DNA of 64,000 bases from Squalus acanthias. Taxonomy: Eukaryota. The first letter of the stretch is position 1. Each line of letters starts with the position of its first letter. Below the pieces are notes generated by a model. That model did not search any database. It saw only the letters and a list, made by a program, of their open reading frames with translations, and was not told the origin of the DNA. Below, piece by piece: positions 23,863 through 36,073 of the stretch. The DNA is taken from the NCBI GenBank assembly GCA_030390025.1, contig CM059433.1, positions 10,976,001 to 11,040,000 of the forward strand, given 5' to 3'. Made by a program: the position numbers and the translations under genes.

Positions 23863-24107
23863 TTAATATACGTACCCACTTTGCTTCGAGTGGCTCCACT
23901 TGTATGCCGTGCCAACCAGCGTGTTTCCCATAAATCCTCCCAAAATGTAGGGTTCGCCGCTAGACCAATTGGACCTCCGCGGATCTTTCGCGTCGACCAC
24001 GGTATGCGACACCCCTGTATCTACCAGGTATTCCCCTTTCTTTTCTTCTACTATTAAATCCATGGTCAGTCTTCCGTGGCTGGCATACCTGAGTGGGCAC
24101 AGGTATG
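23863..24107 (-). pseudogene. pro: Retroviral aspartic protease
   Basis: EYLVDTGVSHTVV (DTG active site), flap-like LGGFMG. Confidence 0.85.
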
Positions 24108-24638
24108 ATAGAAACATAGAAACATAGAAGATAGGAGCAGGAGTAGGCCATTCGGCCCCTCTAGCCTGATCCGCCATTCAATGCGATCATGGCTGATCAT
24201 CCAAATTCAGTACCCTGTCCCTGCTTTCTCCCCATATCCCTTGATCCCTTTAGCCTTAAGAAATATATCCAACTCCTTCTTGAATATATTTAATGAATTG
24301 GCCTCTACTGCCTTCTGTGGTAGAGAATTCCACAGGTTCACCACTCTCTGGGTGAAGAAATTCCTCCTCATTTCTGTTCTAAATGGCTTACCCCTTATCC
24401 TTAGACTGTGTCCCCTGGTTCTGGACTCCCTGACCATCAGGAACATCCTTCCTGCATCTAGTCTGTCCAGTCCTTTCAGAATTTTATAAGTTTCAATGAG
24501 ATCCCCTCTCATTCATCTAAACTCCAGCGAGTATAAGCCCAATCGACCCAATCTCTCCTCATACGTCATTCCTGCCATCCCAGGTATCAGCCTGGTGAAT
24601 CTTCGCTGAACTACTTCCATGGCAAGAACCTCCTTCCT
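24108..24638 (-). mobile_element. CR1 3' end inserted just after the gag stop codon
   Basis: MRGDLIETYKILKGLDRLDAGRMF...FFTQRVVNLWNSLP; (ttctatgt)n tail. Confidence 0.92.
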
Positions 24639-24658
24639 GGCTGGCTGTTACGGCCCCT

Positions 24659-25843
24659 TCATTGCTCGGAGGGTGCGGAGGGTTCCAGCTTAGGTTCCCC
24701 TCCATCTCCTCCCTTGGAGGAATTACATTTACCTCCAGCCTGGCTTACTACCGTCTCCAAGGCATGGGCCAGTCGTACTATTGCATCTTGAGACCCACCA
24801 CCCCCAGGATTCTTTCTCGGTCCTTCCCTATTCCTCGGTGCACAGCACTCCTGTGCTATATGGCCGAGTTTCTCACAGTTATTGCATTCTCTGCTATCTC
24901 TACCTGGTTGGTTACCTACACTGCTTTTTCCCCACAGGTGGCCCCCTCGGCTTTGCTCCTTCATATCTCCACTGTCTCCCCTGGCTCTGTTTAGGGGCCG
25001 GGTCTGGAGTTACCTGGGGTTTCATCTCCTGTACTTTTCCTTTCTTCCCCCCTTGTTCCTCTCCTGCTTGTCCTGTTTATCCTCCCAAAACATAATCAAC
25101 TTCCTCAACACTCTGAGCTTCTGTCATGCCTGGGTCTCCCAAATCAAACCCTGACATGGCTGTATTATAAACAGGCCACAATCTGCTAGCAAACGCTTCT
25201 GGGTGTTCCCCCCTTCCCCCTGCATAGTTTGTGCCATGATCTTAAATGGATCACCCCTTCCATACCCGCAAGCTTCTCTAACGTGTTGCTTCGTATTGTG
25301 CCAAGTTAGCGCAGGTCGAGCATACTTGGTGTCTTGGAGAAGCCCAGCCAGAACCACCCCATCCAGACTAAAAAGCAAACACCTCTTTTTCTCGGATTCG
25401 TCGAAACTCTGCATCGCAGCCATCGTTTCGAAGTGCAAAAAGTGCCCTTCCACATCTCCTCCCCGTCAGAGGGTTCCTAAATCCCTTGCTGCTTCCCTTA
25501 ATTGTGAGGGAGTGTAAGCTTCATCATAATTTGGCACCACCAGGTCTCCCCCAGCCACCGGTGTCGTGTTTGTGTACCGGACACATCACCCCTCGCCCTA
25601 TACTACCAGCACCTTCCTCTTCACCTTCCACAACTTCCTCTTCTGCCTTCTTCCACCACGTGCCTAACACATTCCCATCCTCCATGGCCCCTGCCATAGC
25701 ACAGACTCTCTGTCTCTGTAGCTTGTGCTGGAGCCGTTCGATCTCTTCCTCGCATGCTGAATGATCAGCACACGTTTCGAGTTCCTTGTGCTGCTCTCAC
25801 AGCACCCGGAACGCCGCCTTTGTCACTACACTCCTGAGACACT
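24659..25843 (-). pseudogene. gag: Gag, 5'-truncated and disrupted
   Basis: Coiled-coil-like DHSACEEEIERLQHKL, capsid-like region (25124..25453), zinc knuckle CNNCEKLGHIAQEC, C-terminal PSAP, TGA stop at 24659-24661. Confidence 0.8.
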
Positions 25844-25936
25844 CGATTAGTTAAAGTAAATGTGGGTCCCTTACAGGCTGAAACAGGATAAATTATAATG
25901 GGGAATAAGGAAATGGCAGCGAAATTAAATAAATAC
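25844..25936 (+). mobile_element. Host CR1, piece 2
   Basis: RLVKVNVGPLQAETG*IIMGNKEMAAKLNKY is the CR1 ORF2 linker. Confidence 0.8.
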
Positions 25937-25939
25937 GTT

Positions 25940-28125
25940 GGGCTCGATTTTCCAAGCCCCGAGGAGGCGGGATTGGAGGCGTGTGAGGTGGTAAAATCGG
26001 AGAAATTGTGTGCCACCCGTCCCCATCCCGCCTCCGTGCCCTTTTGCCAAGAGGCGGGAGGATGTGCAGCTTCGGGTCCCGTCTCCTGGAGGCGGGAAAG
26101 GCTTTTAATCCTTTTAACTGCCTGTTAACAGTTAGTTAACAGGCAGAAAAAAAGGATTAGTGCCATTTTACCTTCACAGGTGAAGGCTTCCCGACCTCGG
26201 TGAACCCCGCCGGGTTGGAGGAGACGTGGAGGAGGTCTGCGGGGGTCGGAGGCACCTGGAAGTAAGGTGTAGAGGTGAGTGATGGGTGCAAGTGTGGAGT
26301 GGTAATTATGCAAGGTGAGTGATAAGTTTAAAAAAGGGTTCACTTACCTTGTTTTACTTCTGTAGCCTTTAGCCGCGCTGGATCAGGAGAGCGGACATCC
26401 TCCTTGTCAATTTCAGGTACTGGCTGATGGACCCTCCGATCCATCAGACATCTGAAATTTACTTTTTCACAATGTTTTTTCAGTCCTCACCACAAAAACG
26501 AATCAAACTACAGAGAAGGTCAGTGTTTGACAGCTTCACAGAGCTGTCAAACGCTGTCATTTCTTCTTTCATAGAAACATAGAAACATAGAAAATAGGTA
26601 CAGGAGTAGACCATTCGGTCCTTCGAGCCTGCACCGCCATTCAATGCGTTCATGGCTGAACATGCTACCTCAGTACCCCATTCCTGCTTTCTCGCCATAC
26701 CCCTTGATCCCCCTAGTTGTGAGTGTTATATCTAACTCCCTTTTGAATATATTTAGCGAACTGGCCTCAACAACCTTCTGTGGAAGAGAATTCCATAGAT
26801 TCACCACTCTCTGGGTGAAGAAGTTCCTCCTCAGCTCAGTCCTAAATGGCTTCCCCTTAATCCTTAGACTGTGACCCCTGGTTCTAGTTTTCCCTACCAT
26901 TGGGAACATTCTGCCCGCATCTAATTTGTCTAAACCAGTCAGGATTTTAAATGTCTCTATAAGATCCCCCCTCATTCTTCTGAACTCCAGAGGATACAAG
27001 TTCAGTTGACCCAATCTTTCTTGATATGTCAGTCCGGCCATCACAGGAATCAATCTAGTGAACCTTCGCTGCACTCCCTCAATAGCAAGAATGTCCTTCC
27101 TTAAGTTAGGAGACCAAAACTGTGCACAATACTCCAGGTGTGGCCTCACCAAGGCCCTGTACAACTGCAGCATCACCTCCCTACTCCTGTACTCAAATCC
27201 CCTTACTATGAAGGCCATCATTCCGTTTGCTTTCTTGACTGCCTGCTGCACTTGCATTCCCACCTTCAATGACTGATGTACCATGATGCCCAGGTCTCGT
27301 TGCACCTCCCCTTTCCCTAATCTGCCACCATTCAGGTAATAGTCCGCCTCTCTATTTTTACCACCAAAGTGGATAACCTCACATTTATCCACATTGTACT
27401 TCATCTGCCATACATTTGCCCATTCACCCAACCTGTCCAAGTCACTCTGTAGCCTCCTAGCATCCTCCTCATTGTTCACACTGCCTCCCAATTTAGTGTC
27501 ATCCGCAAATTTGGAGATATTACATTTAATCCCTTCGTCCAAATCATTAATATATAATGTAAACAGCTGGGGTCCCAGCACCGAACCCTGCGGTACCCCG
27601 CTGGTCACTGCCTGCCATTCTGAAAAGTACCCATTTACTCCTACTCTTTGTTTCCTGTGTGCCAACCAGTTCTCAATCCACGTCAACACATTACCCCCAA
27701 TCCCATGTGCTTTAACTTTGCTCACCAATCTCTTGTGTGGAACCTTGTCGAAGGCCTTCTGAAAGTCCAAATACACCACATCTACTGGTTCCCCCCTGTC
27801 CACCCTATTGGAAACATCCTCAAAAAATTCCAGAAGATTTGTCAAGCATGATTTCCCTTTCACAAATCCATGCTGACTTGGACCTATCATGTCGCCACTT
27901 TCCAAATGGTCTGTTATGACATCTTTAATAATTGCTTCCATCTGACGTTGACGTGCTCTGTCAGTGACTTCTTCCCTAATTGGCCTGCTGAGCCTGCCAG
28001 GCGGGCTTAACAAGCTCAATCAAGGGGAAATCCCTCTGAATGGTCAGGCGAGGATGGAGGCAGGACATTGACACGACAAGCAGCAGTCCCGCCTCCAGGT
28101 CGCCTCCATTGACAAAATCCAGCCC
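25940..28125. mobile_element. Harbinger-type non-autonomous element inserted in the host CR1, itself carrying a CR1
   Basis: TIRs gggctcgatttt / aaaatccagccc (11 of 12 match). CR1 sequence resumes immediately after 28125. Confidence 0.75.
26570..27940 (-). mobile_element. 5'-truncated CR1 with open RT frame to the ORF2 stop
   Basis: QHGFVKGKSCLTNLLEFF, YLDFQKAFDKVPH, SGVPQGSVLGP, KFADDTKL, YRALVRPHLEYC; tail. Confidence 0.95.
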
Positions 28126-28865
28126 AATGTGTCTGTTGTCATGGAAGAAGACGCCAAAAACTTCCTGGAAATAGTGGAGAACCAAGGGTCTAGTGAGAAT
28201 GAAGAACTGAAAGAAATTAGTATAAGTAAAAAAAAGTACTGGAGAAATTAATGGAACTGAAAGCCGATAAATCCCCTGGACCAGATGGCCTACATCCTAG
28301 GGTTTTGAAAGAGTTGGCTATAGAGATAGTGGATGCATTGGTTGTCATCTTCCAAAATTCCATAGATTCGAGAATGGTTCCCGCGGATTGGAACCCCACT
28401 ATTTAAGAAAGGAGGGAGAGAGAAAATGGGGAACTACAGACCAGTTAGCCCGACATCAGTAGTAGGGAAAATGCGAGAATCTATTATTAAGGATGTGGTA
28501 ACAGGGCATTTAGAAAATAATAATAGGATTGGGCAGAGTCAACATGGATTTATGAAAGGGAAATCATGTTTGACAAATCTGTTCGAGTTTTTTGAGGTTG
28601 TAACTAGCAGAATAGATAAGGGAGAACCAGTGGTTGTGGTGTATTAGGATTTTCAGAAGGCATTCGATAAGGTGCCACACAAGAGGTTATTAAACAAAAT
28701 TAGGACTCATGGGATTGGGGGTAATATACTAGCATGGATTGAGGGTTGGTTAACGGACAGAAAACAGTAGGAATAAACCGGTCATTTTTGGGTTGGCAGG
28801 CTGTAACTAGTGGGGTACCGCAAGGATCAGTGCTTGGGCCTCAGCTATTCACAATCTTTATCAAT
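28126..28865 (+). mobile_element. Host CR1, piece 3 (RT N-terminal part, disrupted)
   Basis: KSPGPDGLHPRVLKE, GNYRPVS.TSVVGK, QHGFMKGKSCLTNL, SGVPQGSVLGP. Confidence 0.9.
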
Positions 28866-30603
28866 TACATAGGATATACGGCACAGAAGCAGGCCATTCG
28901 GCCCAACCAGTCCATGCCGGCGTTTATGCTCCACACGAGCCTCCTCCCGTTTTCCTTCATCTAAATCTCTCAGCGTAACCCTTTATTCCCCTTTCTCTCA
29001 GATGCTTGTCTAGCCTCCCCTTAGCAGAGGAGGGGGGCGGGGGGCATTAGGATTTGGAGAGAGTACTGAGGGTAGTTCCTTTGTTCCAGGAGCCAAAAAA
29101 TGAAAATCGGTTGGACATGGGCAAGAAGGTATGGATGGTAAGGAGAAGGCAATGATCAGAAGTTGCCTGAGAATATATTGCACACATCTGAAGATCTAAC
29201 TGTAATTTTTTCAACATTCTGTCTGTACCACATGGTGCAGCAAGTCCTTCGCAAGCTTATAGTGGTTTTCAAATTACTTACACATGTATCAATCACTCTT
29301 CTAATAAATTCGTCATTTCAGCTGAACAGCAACTTTACTTTCCCGCACCCTCTATAAATACATATGCGGCCACGACTGTTTCACTAATTGCAATTATTTC
29401 TGTGTATTATTCTAGCTGCCGATACGCTCACTCTTTACTCTTCCTCGCTACTGCAGCATCACAGCCCTATGTCCCTGTGCACTTCCAAAACCTTTCACGC
29501 TCCTGAATGGCCGGGAATAAAATGTGCGCTTTCTTATATTATCATTCAACAAAAACAACAGGCAACCATGAAATAATACTTTAATCCTAACTATGCTAAG
29601 CAATGTGTGCAAGCTGTTCTGTTTTCCTAATTACATGTTCCAAGTTTTGAGAACCAAGTGAGTTATTTTGAAGTCGAGGCAGGCAAGCTGGTTCACTTGA
29701 GGTCGCAGAGTGTGTTCCAGGACTGTTGACAATACTTCATCCACCCAAGCATGGAGGTTTATAGACTTTGCAGCAAATGGTTTCAGAGCCTGGCCGCAGA
29801 TACCCACCCTCGGTCCTTTCCCCTCCTACTACCGCCCCCCCCCCCACCACCCCCGCCCCCCCGCACTGTAAACAAGATAAAACTAAGATCTTCTATAATT
29901 TAATCCTAAAGAGCCTGATGCCAAGTTTTAAAGGAAATGGTAGGGCTGGGCCCAATTCATTTTAACTGGGCTGTTTAGTTTTGTGAGTATATATTTCAGA
30001 TTTATGGATCTGTGTTGTTTTTTCCCACCCAACCCTAACAGTTACTCTGACCAAGTCCCTCCTAATACTTCCTTCTTTGGCTTGGCGTCCCTTTTTGCCT
30101 GATTGCACCTCTGTGCAGTGCCTCAGGACTTTCCTTTACATTAAAGGCGCTATGTAAATGCGTGTTGTCGTTAATGTTGTTGATTCTTTTAACTTTTCCA
30201 CAACTGAATCGGATTGCAATAGATTGCAAATAAAAATGAGCAGTCCTGCACATCACTGGGTAGGCAGCCTATGGTTTTAGACTCCCTTTTGAGAGCAGCT
30301 GTGGTGGGTAGCAGTAGGTCTCCCGGCCAGTGATTTGTGCAGTCACACACGGCAGTTAGTGAAAAATTTACTATCAGGACCTCTAAGGGAAAACAATATC
30401 TGTGGGAAAGATCAAAAATCAGTTGTGCATTTCTTGCAGTCTCCTGAGACTGTCTGTGTGCTGGAATACCTGCAAACAGCAGGTGTACCTGAGACAGAGC
30501 GAACGAGACAGAGACCAAGAGAGGGGGATAGAAATTCTGTTTCTGTGCTTGCCAGACCGTGATTTTCCTTCCTTTAAAGTGAATGGGCAGGAATATATAT
30601 ATC

Positions 30604-31297
30604 TGTGTATGTGTGTGTGTGTGCGTGTGTCTGTCTGTGCGTCTGTCTGTGGGCGCGTGCGTGTGTGTGTGTCTGTCTGTGCGTCTGTCTGGGTGTGAGT
30701 GAGTCTGTGGGTGCGTGCATGTGCGTGTGTCTGTGGGTGCGTGCGTGTGCGTGTGTCTGTGGGTGCGTGCGTGTGCGTGTGTCTGTGGGTGCGTGCGTGT
30801 GCGTGTGTCTGTGGGTGCGTGCGTGTGCGTGTGTCTGTGGGTGCGTGCGTGTGCGTGTGTCTGTGGGTGCGTGCGTGTGCGTGTGTCTGTGGGTGTGTGC
30901 GTGTGCGTGTGTCTGTGGGTGCGTGCGTGTGCGTGTGTCTGTCTGTGTGTCTGTCTAGGTGTGCGTGTGTCTGTGGGTGCATGTGTGTGTTGCGCATGTG
31001 CATATTTGTGTTGTGTGTGTGTCTGCGTGTGTGCATATGTCTGTGTGCACGTGCGTGCCTGCATGCATGCGTGTGTCTGCGCGTGTGTGTTGCGTGTGTG
31101 TGTGTCTGCGTCCATGTCTGTGTGTCTGTGTCTGTGCATTCATGTGTGGCTGTGTGTGCGTGTATGTCTGCGTGTGTGCATGTATCTGTGTGCGTGCGTG
31201 CCTGCATGTGTGCGTGCGTGTGTGTCTGTATGTGTCTGTGCATTCATGTGTGGCTGTGTGGGCATGTATGCGTGTGTGTGCATGTTTTTGAGAGAGA
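30604..31297. repeat. GT/GC microsatellite-derived tract with a 26-bp higher-order core
   Basis: ctgtggg recurs at 30731, 30757, 30783 and onward (gtctgtgggtgcgtgcgtgtgcgtgt). Confidence 0.95.
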
Positions 31298-31521
31298 GTG
31301 AGAAGTTGGACTCTGACTTGCCGAATCACTTACTTTTTTTTAAATGAAGGATTAGCTGTTAGTTGAAAGGGAAATCTCTCTAACCTTTATTTGAAAGCCT
31401 TGATCCTGAAATACACGTGAATGTTGGATTAAACTCAATTACATTTAGTCTCAGGCAGCCTGATCACCAGTATCTAATGTGGAGGATTACTAGATCACAC
31501 TCAGTGTAAAGAAAACACTCT

Positions 31522-34284
31522 GGGGGTGAAATTTGTCTTGGGGGCTAGCGCAACGCGGGCGATATCAGGATTGGCCACCCGGTAAACCCCAGTTATAGGA
31601 CTGTAATGTAACTCAATATTGGGCGGCGCGGATAACAGGCGACAGATGCAACAGCGTTTTGCGCTGCTGTCTATGACCATTTTCAAACCCTGTGGGTGAG
31701 AACTTTGTGGCCTTACCGCCACTCCGTAGTGCCATTAAATGGCGCTAAAACAGCTGCCATCGCTCTTTCGCCAGCTGCTGGCTGGTCCCACATCAGCCAC
31801 CGTTTTCGTGCTTACCTTTGCGCTGCCAGAAAATGGCGGCGTTGTGACGTAAATCGGCGTGCAACAGCCGGCTTTACGTCACAAGTATGAACTTCGGCTC
31901 TAGCGCTGAATTCAGCGCTGGGTCCTAAGCACGCCAGGTGAACCAAGCAGGCTTACAGTTGCGATGACTGCACCTCTGAAAGGGACACACACATCGTTCA
32001 GGTAAGTTTGGATTTAAGGTTTTGGACACTTTCTTTTTGATTTTATTGAAGTGGTGGTTTGCTGCAATAGATGTGAAAAGTTTTTTTTATATCTGTAGGG
32101 AGTGCTGCTGGATGCTTACAAGGGTTCGGATGGTAAATGAAGGCCTTTGAGAAGACAGAACATGCTGCAAATACTTAACAGGTCACGCAACATCCGTGAA
32201 GAGAAAAACAGAGTTCACATCTGAGGTCGACATGCTGCCTGACCAGCTGAGTATTTCCAGCATTTTATGCTGTCGTTTCACATTTACAGCATCTGCTTGC
32301 AGAGGGAAGAGGAAGACACAGAAGAGGAGGAAGCAGAAGAGGAGGAATCAGATGGAAGGATGCACCCCAAACAGCCCCTTTATGGCCGGGATATCCAGGA
32401 TGGAATCATCCGCCTGCAGTCCCAGTGACCACAACCCCAATTCCCCTTTCAACATTTGTCCCACATCTTACCTTCCCTCTGTTACTGACCATCTCAATGT
32501 CCTCTTGGCCACGATGCTGAAATAAAAGCCACCACAAAGCAAACTTTCAAATCCACCTATATACATCTATCCATCCAATGTGACAAGAAGAAATCAACTC
32601 ATCACCCATATGCATTCTTTTAGTGACTGTCTGGTGTGTACCTTTTCCTATCCTACTGATGTCACACAGTGCTACCCCAGTGGCTGCAGCATGGCTGCTG
32701 GAAGGCTGCTGACTTTCAGTGGGAGTACACTGCAAGCATCCTTGCTGGTTGACCTTGAGGAGCTAGTGGCTGGGAGTGTCAAATCAATCTTCTTCTTCTT
32801 GTTCTCTTCACTCTCCTCTCCCTCTTCTTGGACACCCACTGGCTGGGCAGACTGCATTTCTTGGGTGTGTGAAATGAGGAAGGCACAAGAGTGGAGTTGT
32901 GGTGATGGGAGGTGCATGCTAGAAGGAGGATAATGTAGGATGATACCAGCATCTTGTATTCTTTCAGCACTGCTGCTGGCCAAGGGCTCAGCCAGACTCC
33001 TGCCAATAACGGCCTGCACCATCTCCTCCAAGGAGGTGAGGTGAGGCTAGGAATGGGAGGTGTGCCTTGTGATTGGTGCAGATTGTTGGTAGGTGAGTGA
33101 TTGGGCTTGGGAGGTGTGGGTCGTGCATTGAGCAGTGTGCGAGGCTAGTGGTGCAGTCGGTAGGAGACGGCTTTTCACTGACCTTGACCAGTGGTCTGAG
33201 GTCACGGACCTTCTTTGGGCACTGGAGCCAGGGATGGGTGGGGGCAGCGACGGCCTCGGTGATGTACTCCCACATCGTTCTTTCCGGAGTGCCTCCTGGC
33301 CCCTGTGGGTAGAGGGCCTGTCTTGCAGTGTTGAACCCTTGCACAAAGCTGGAGTGCTGTGTGCAAGACCCTGGGTGCCCCTTCCATAGAAACATAGAAA
33401 CATAGAATCTAGGAGCAGGAGTAGGCCATTCGGCCCGTCGAGCCTGCTCCGCCATTCAATACGATCATGGCTGATCATCCAAATCCAGTACCCTGTCCCT
33501 GCTTTAATCCCCACAGTACACATATCCCACCCTACCCCCGTAACCCCACGTATTTAATTCCCCCTAACATATCCCATCCTATCCCCATAACCCCACATAT
33601 TTAATCCCCCCTAACACTAAGGGTCAATTTATCATAGCCAAATCAACCTAACCCACACATTTTTGGACTGTGGGAGGAAACCGGAGCACCCGGAGGAAAC
33701 CCACGCAGACACAGGGAGAATGTGCAAACTCCACACAGACAGTCACCCGAGGTCAGATTCGAACCCGGGTCTCTGGCGCTGTGAGGCACCAGTGCTAACC
33801 ACTATGCCACCGTGTTGCCCTGGCTTGCTGAGCCATGTGTGTTATTGCTGAAGCATTTTTCCCATTTTTTTGAGGTTCGGAAGAGAATTCAGCTTTAAGA
33901 GCTGAATATTCACACTTGGGTCTTCTTTTTAATGTTAAATATTTTTTTAAAAAGGCACAAAGGGCTGAAAACTGCTTTGTTTCCCTTCATTTTAATTGGT
34001 ATTGCTTCAGTGTGCATGGCCCCTTTAATTCTCTGACCTCGTCATTGCCCACAATTCCTTGCGAGCTCCACAGCCTTGTTTCCAGAGGCCGTGGGAAGCT
34101 GCAACGCTGCTCCTGCACACAAACTTCGGGTCGGATGTCTCCAGCAACACCACCAAGATGGCGTTGCACGGAAGGTAAGAGCTGCGCCAACCATCTCCAT
34201 CTCCCCAGATGAAATTTGCTACGTTAGCATTGCGGCCATTTTCAGCGGTTGTTAACTTTACTGGCTAAAACAAATTTCTCCCCC
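31522..34284 (-). mobile_element. PIF/Harbinger transposon (non-autonomous) with a Myb/SANT remnant
   Basis: TIRs gggggtgaaatttgt / acaaatttctccccc, TCT on both flanks. Minus strand ~33180-33385 gives RQALYPQG...MWEYITEAVAA...WLQCPKKVRDL. Confidence 0.85.
33385..33820 (-). mobile_element. HE1-type V-SINE with CR1/HER1-derived tail
   Basis: tRNA head ggtggcatagtggttagcact...gggttcgaatc, V-domain gtgtggagtttgcacattctccctgtgtctgcgtgggtttcctccgggtgctccggtttcctcccaca, CR1-like 3' end with (ttctatgt)n. Confidence 0.9.
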
Positions 34285-34943
34285 TCTGGTTCTCGATCTC
34301 CCCTTTATTAAAAACAATTAGGACTGCAATCTTATATAAAGTCTTAAAATTACTTAATTCCCCATTTTTTACTGTGGTGGCACATATGGCTGTGAACTCA
34401 TAGGTAGCTTGCATATCAGAATGAGTGTAAAAGTGTGAATTATTTATTTTGGCCTTAGGTCACAGTTAATTTGTGCCTCTCGATGGCAGTAAGTGATACA
34501 TGAATCAATACAATTTACATCAGGGGGCTGTAAGAACTTAATGTGAGCTGCTGTCACTCTTGTCAATGGAAAAGCATTATGCATTTGCTATATTGTTTGC
34601 ACTGGCCAGTTTATGGGGGAATTGCCGTGCTTGTATTATTGAGATTAAGCAAAACTGGAGACAAAGCATTTCCTCGACAAGATTGCTGCCTCGCTGTTTA
34701 TTCCACCAGCAGCACATACCGTAAATTGTTGATCCTCGGCTTCTCATCCAGGAGTTTACCACCTGAATGATTCTTGTCACAAGTGGGCTCTGTCTGCCGG
34801 TTATATATGGAACAACAGGATCTCGTCTTAAGCGCTGTAGGGGGTGAATTTCCACTGGTGTTTAAAGGTGTTAGCCGTGGCTCAGTGGTAGCACCCTCAC
34901 CTCCAAATCAGAAGATTGTGGGTTCAAGTACCACGCGAGAGAT

Positions 34944-35985
34944 TTTTTTTTTATTCGTTCGTGGGATGTGGGCGTTGCTGGTAAGGCCAGCATTTATTGC
35001 CCATCCCTAATTGCCCTCGAGAAGGTGGTGGTGTGCCGCCTTCTTGAACCGCTGCAGTCCGTGTGGTGAAGGTACTCCCACAGTGCTGTTAGGGAGGGAG
35101 CTCCAGGATTTTTCCCCAGCGATGATGAAGGAACGACCGATATATTTCCAAGTCAGGATGGTGAGTGACTTGGAGGGGAACTTGGAGGTGGCGGTGTTCC
35201 CATGCACCTGCTGCCCTTGTCCTTCTAGATGGAAGAGGTCACGGGTTTGGGAGGTGCTGCCAAAGAAGCCTTGGCGAGTTGCTTCAGTGCATCTTGTAGA
35301 TGGTACACACTGCAGCCACGGTACGCTGATGGTGGAGGGAGTGAATGTTTAAGGTGGTGGATGGGGTGCCAATCAAGTGGGCTGTATTGTCCTGGATGGT
35401 GTCGAGCTTCTTGAGTGTTGTTGGAGCTGCACTCATCCAGGCAAGTGGAGAGTATTCCATCACACTCCTTACTTGTTGCTTGTAGATGGTGGAAAGGCTT
35501 TGGGGAGTCAGGAGGTGAGACACTCACCACAGAATACCCAGCCTCTGACCTGCTCTTGTTGCCACAGTATTTATGTGGCTGGTCCAGTTAAGTTTCTGAT
35601 CAATGGTGACACCCAGGATGTTGATGGTGGGGGATTCGGCAATGGTAATGCCGTTGAATGTCAAGGGGCGGTGGTTAGACTCTCGCTTGTTGGAGATAGT
35701 CATTGCCTGGCACTTGTGTGGCGCGAATGTTACCTGCTATTTATCAGCCCAAGCCTGAACATCGTCCAGGTCTTGTTGCTTGCGGGCATAGACTGCTTCA
35801 TTATCTGAGGAGTTGTGAATGGCACTGAACACTGTGCAGTCATCAGCGAACATCCCCATTTCTGACCTTATGTTGGAGGGAAGGTCATTGATGAAGCAGC
35901 TGAAGATGGTTGGGCCTAGGACACTGCCCTGAGGAACTCCTGCAGCGATGTCCTGGGGCTGTAATGATTGACCTCCAACCACCAC
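34944..35985 (-). mobile_element. CR1-group LINE 3' fragment (second family)
   Basis: AGVPQGSVLGPTIFSCFINDLP...MFADDCTVF; TIYKQQVRSVMEYSPLAW. Confidence 0.88.
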
Positions 35986-36073
35986 ATTTAAGCACATAAT
36001 TTAGGTTAATGCTGCAGTGCAGGACTGAGGGAGTACTGCACTGTCAGAGATGCAGACTTTCAGCTGAGACCTT

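Larger units (their letters stand above)
17567..25843 (-). mobile_element. Decayed endogenous retrovirus, lokiretrovirus-like (gag-pro-pol-env-3'LTR; 5' LTR missing)
   Basis: Ordered gag (CCHC), DTG protease, YVDD RT, RH tether, second RH, HHCC/DDE integrase, F-like env and an LTR-like end terminating in ...CCTACA. The lokiretrovirus label is an inference from architecture. Confidence 0.85.

Noticed and set aside
30189..31347. Long His/Thr-rich and Cys/Val-rich ORFs
   Set aside because: Stop-free reading of a GT/CA repeat in several frames.
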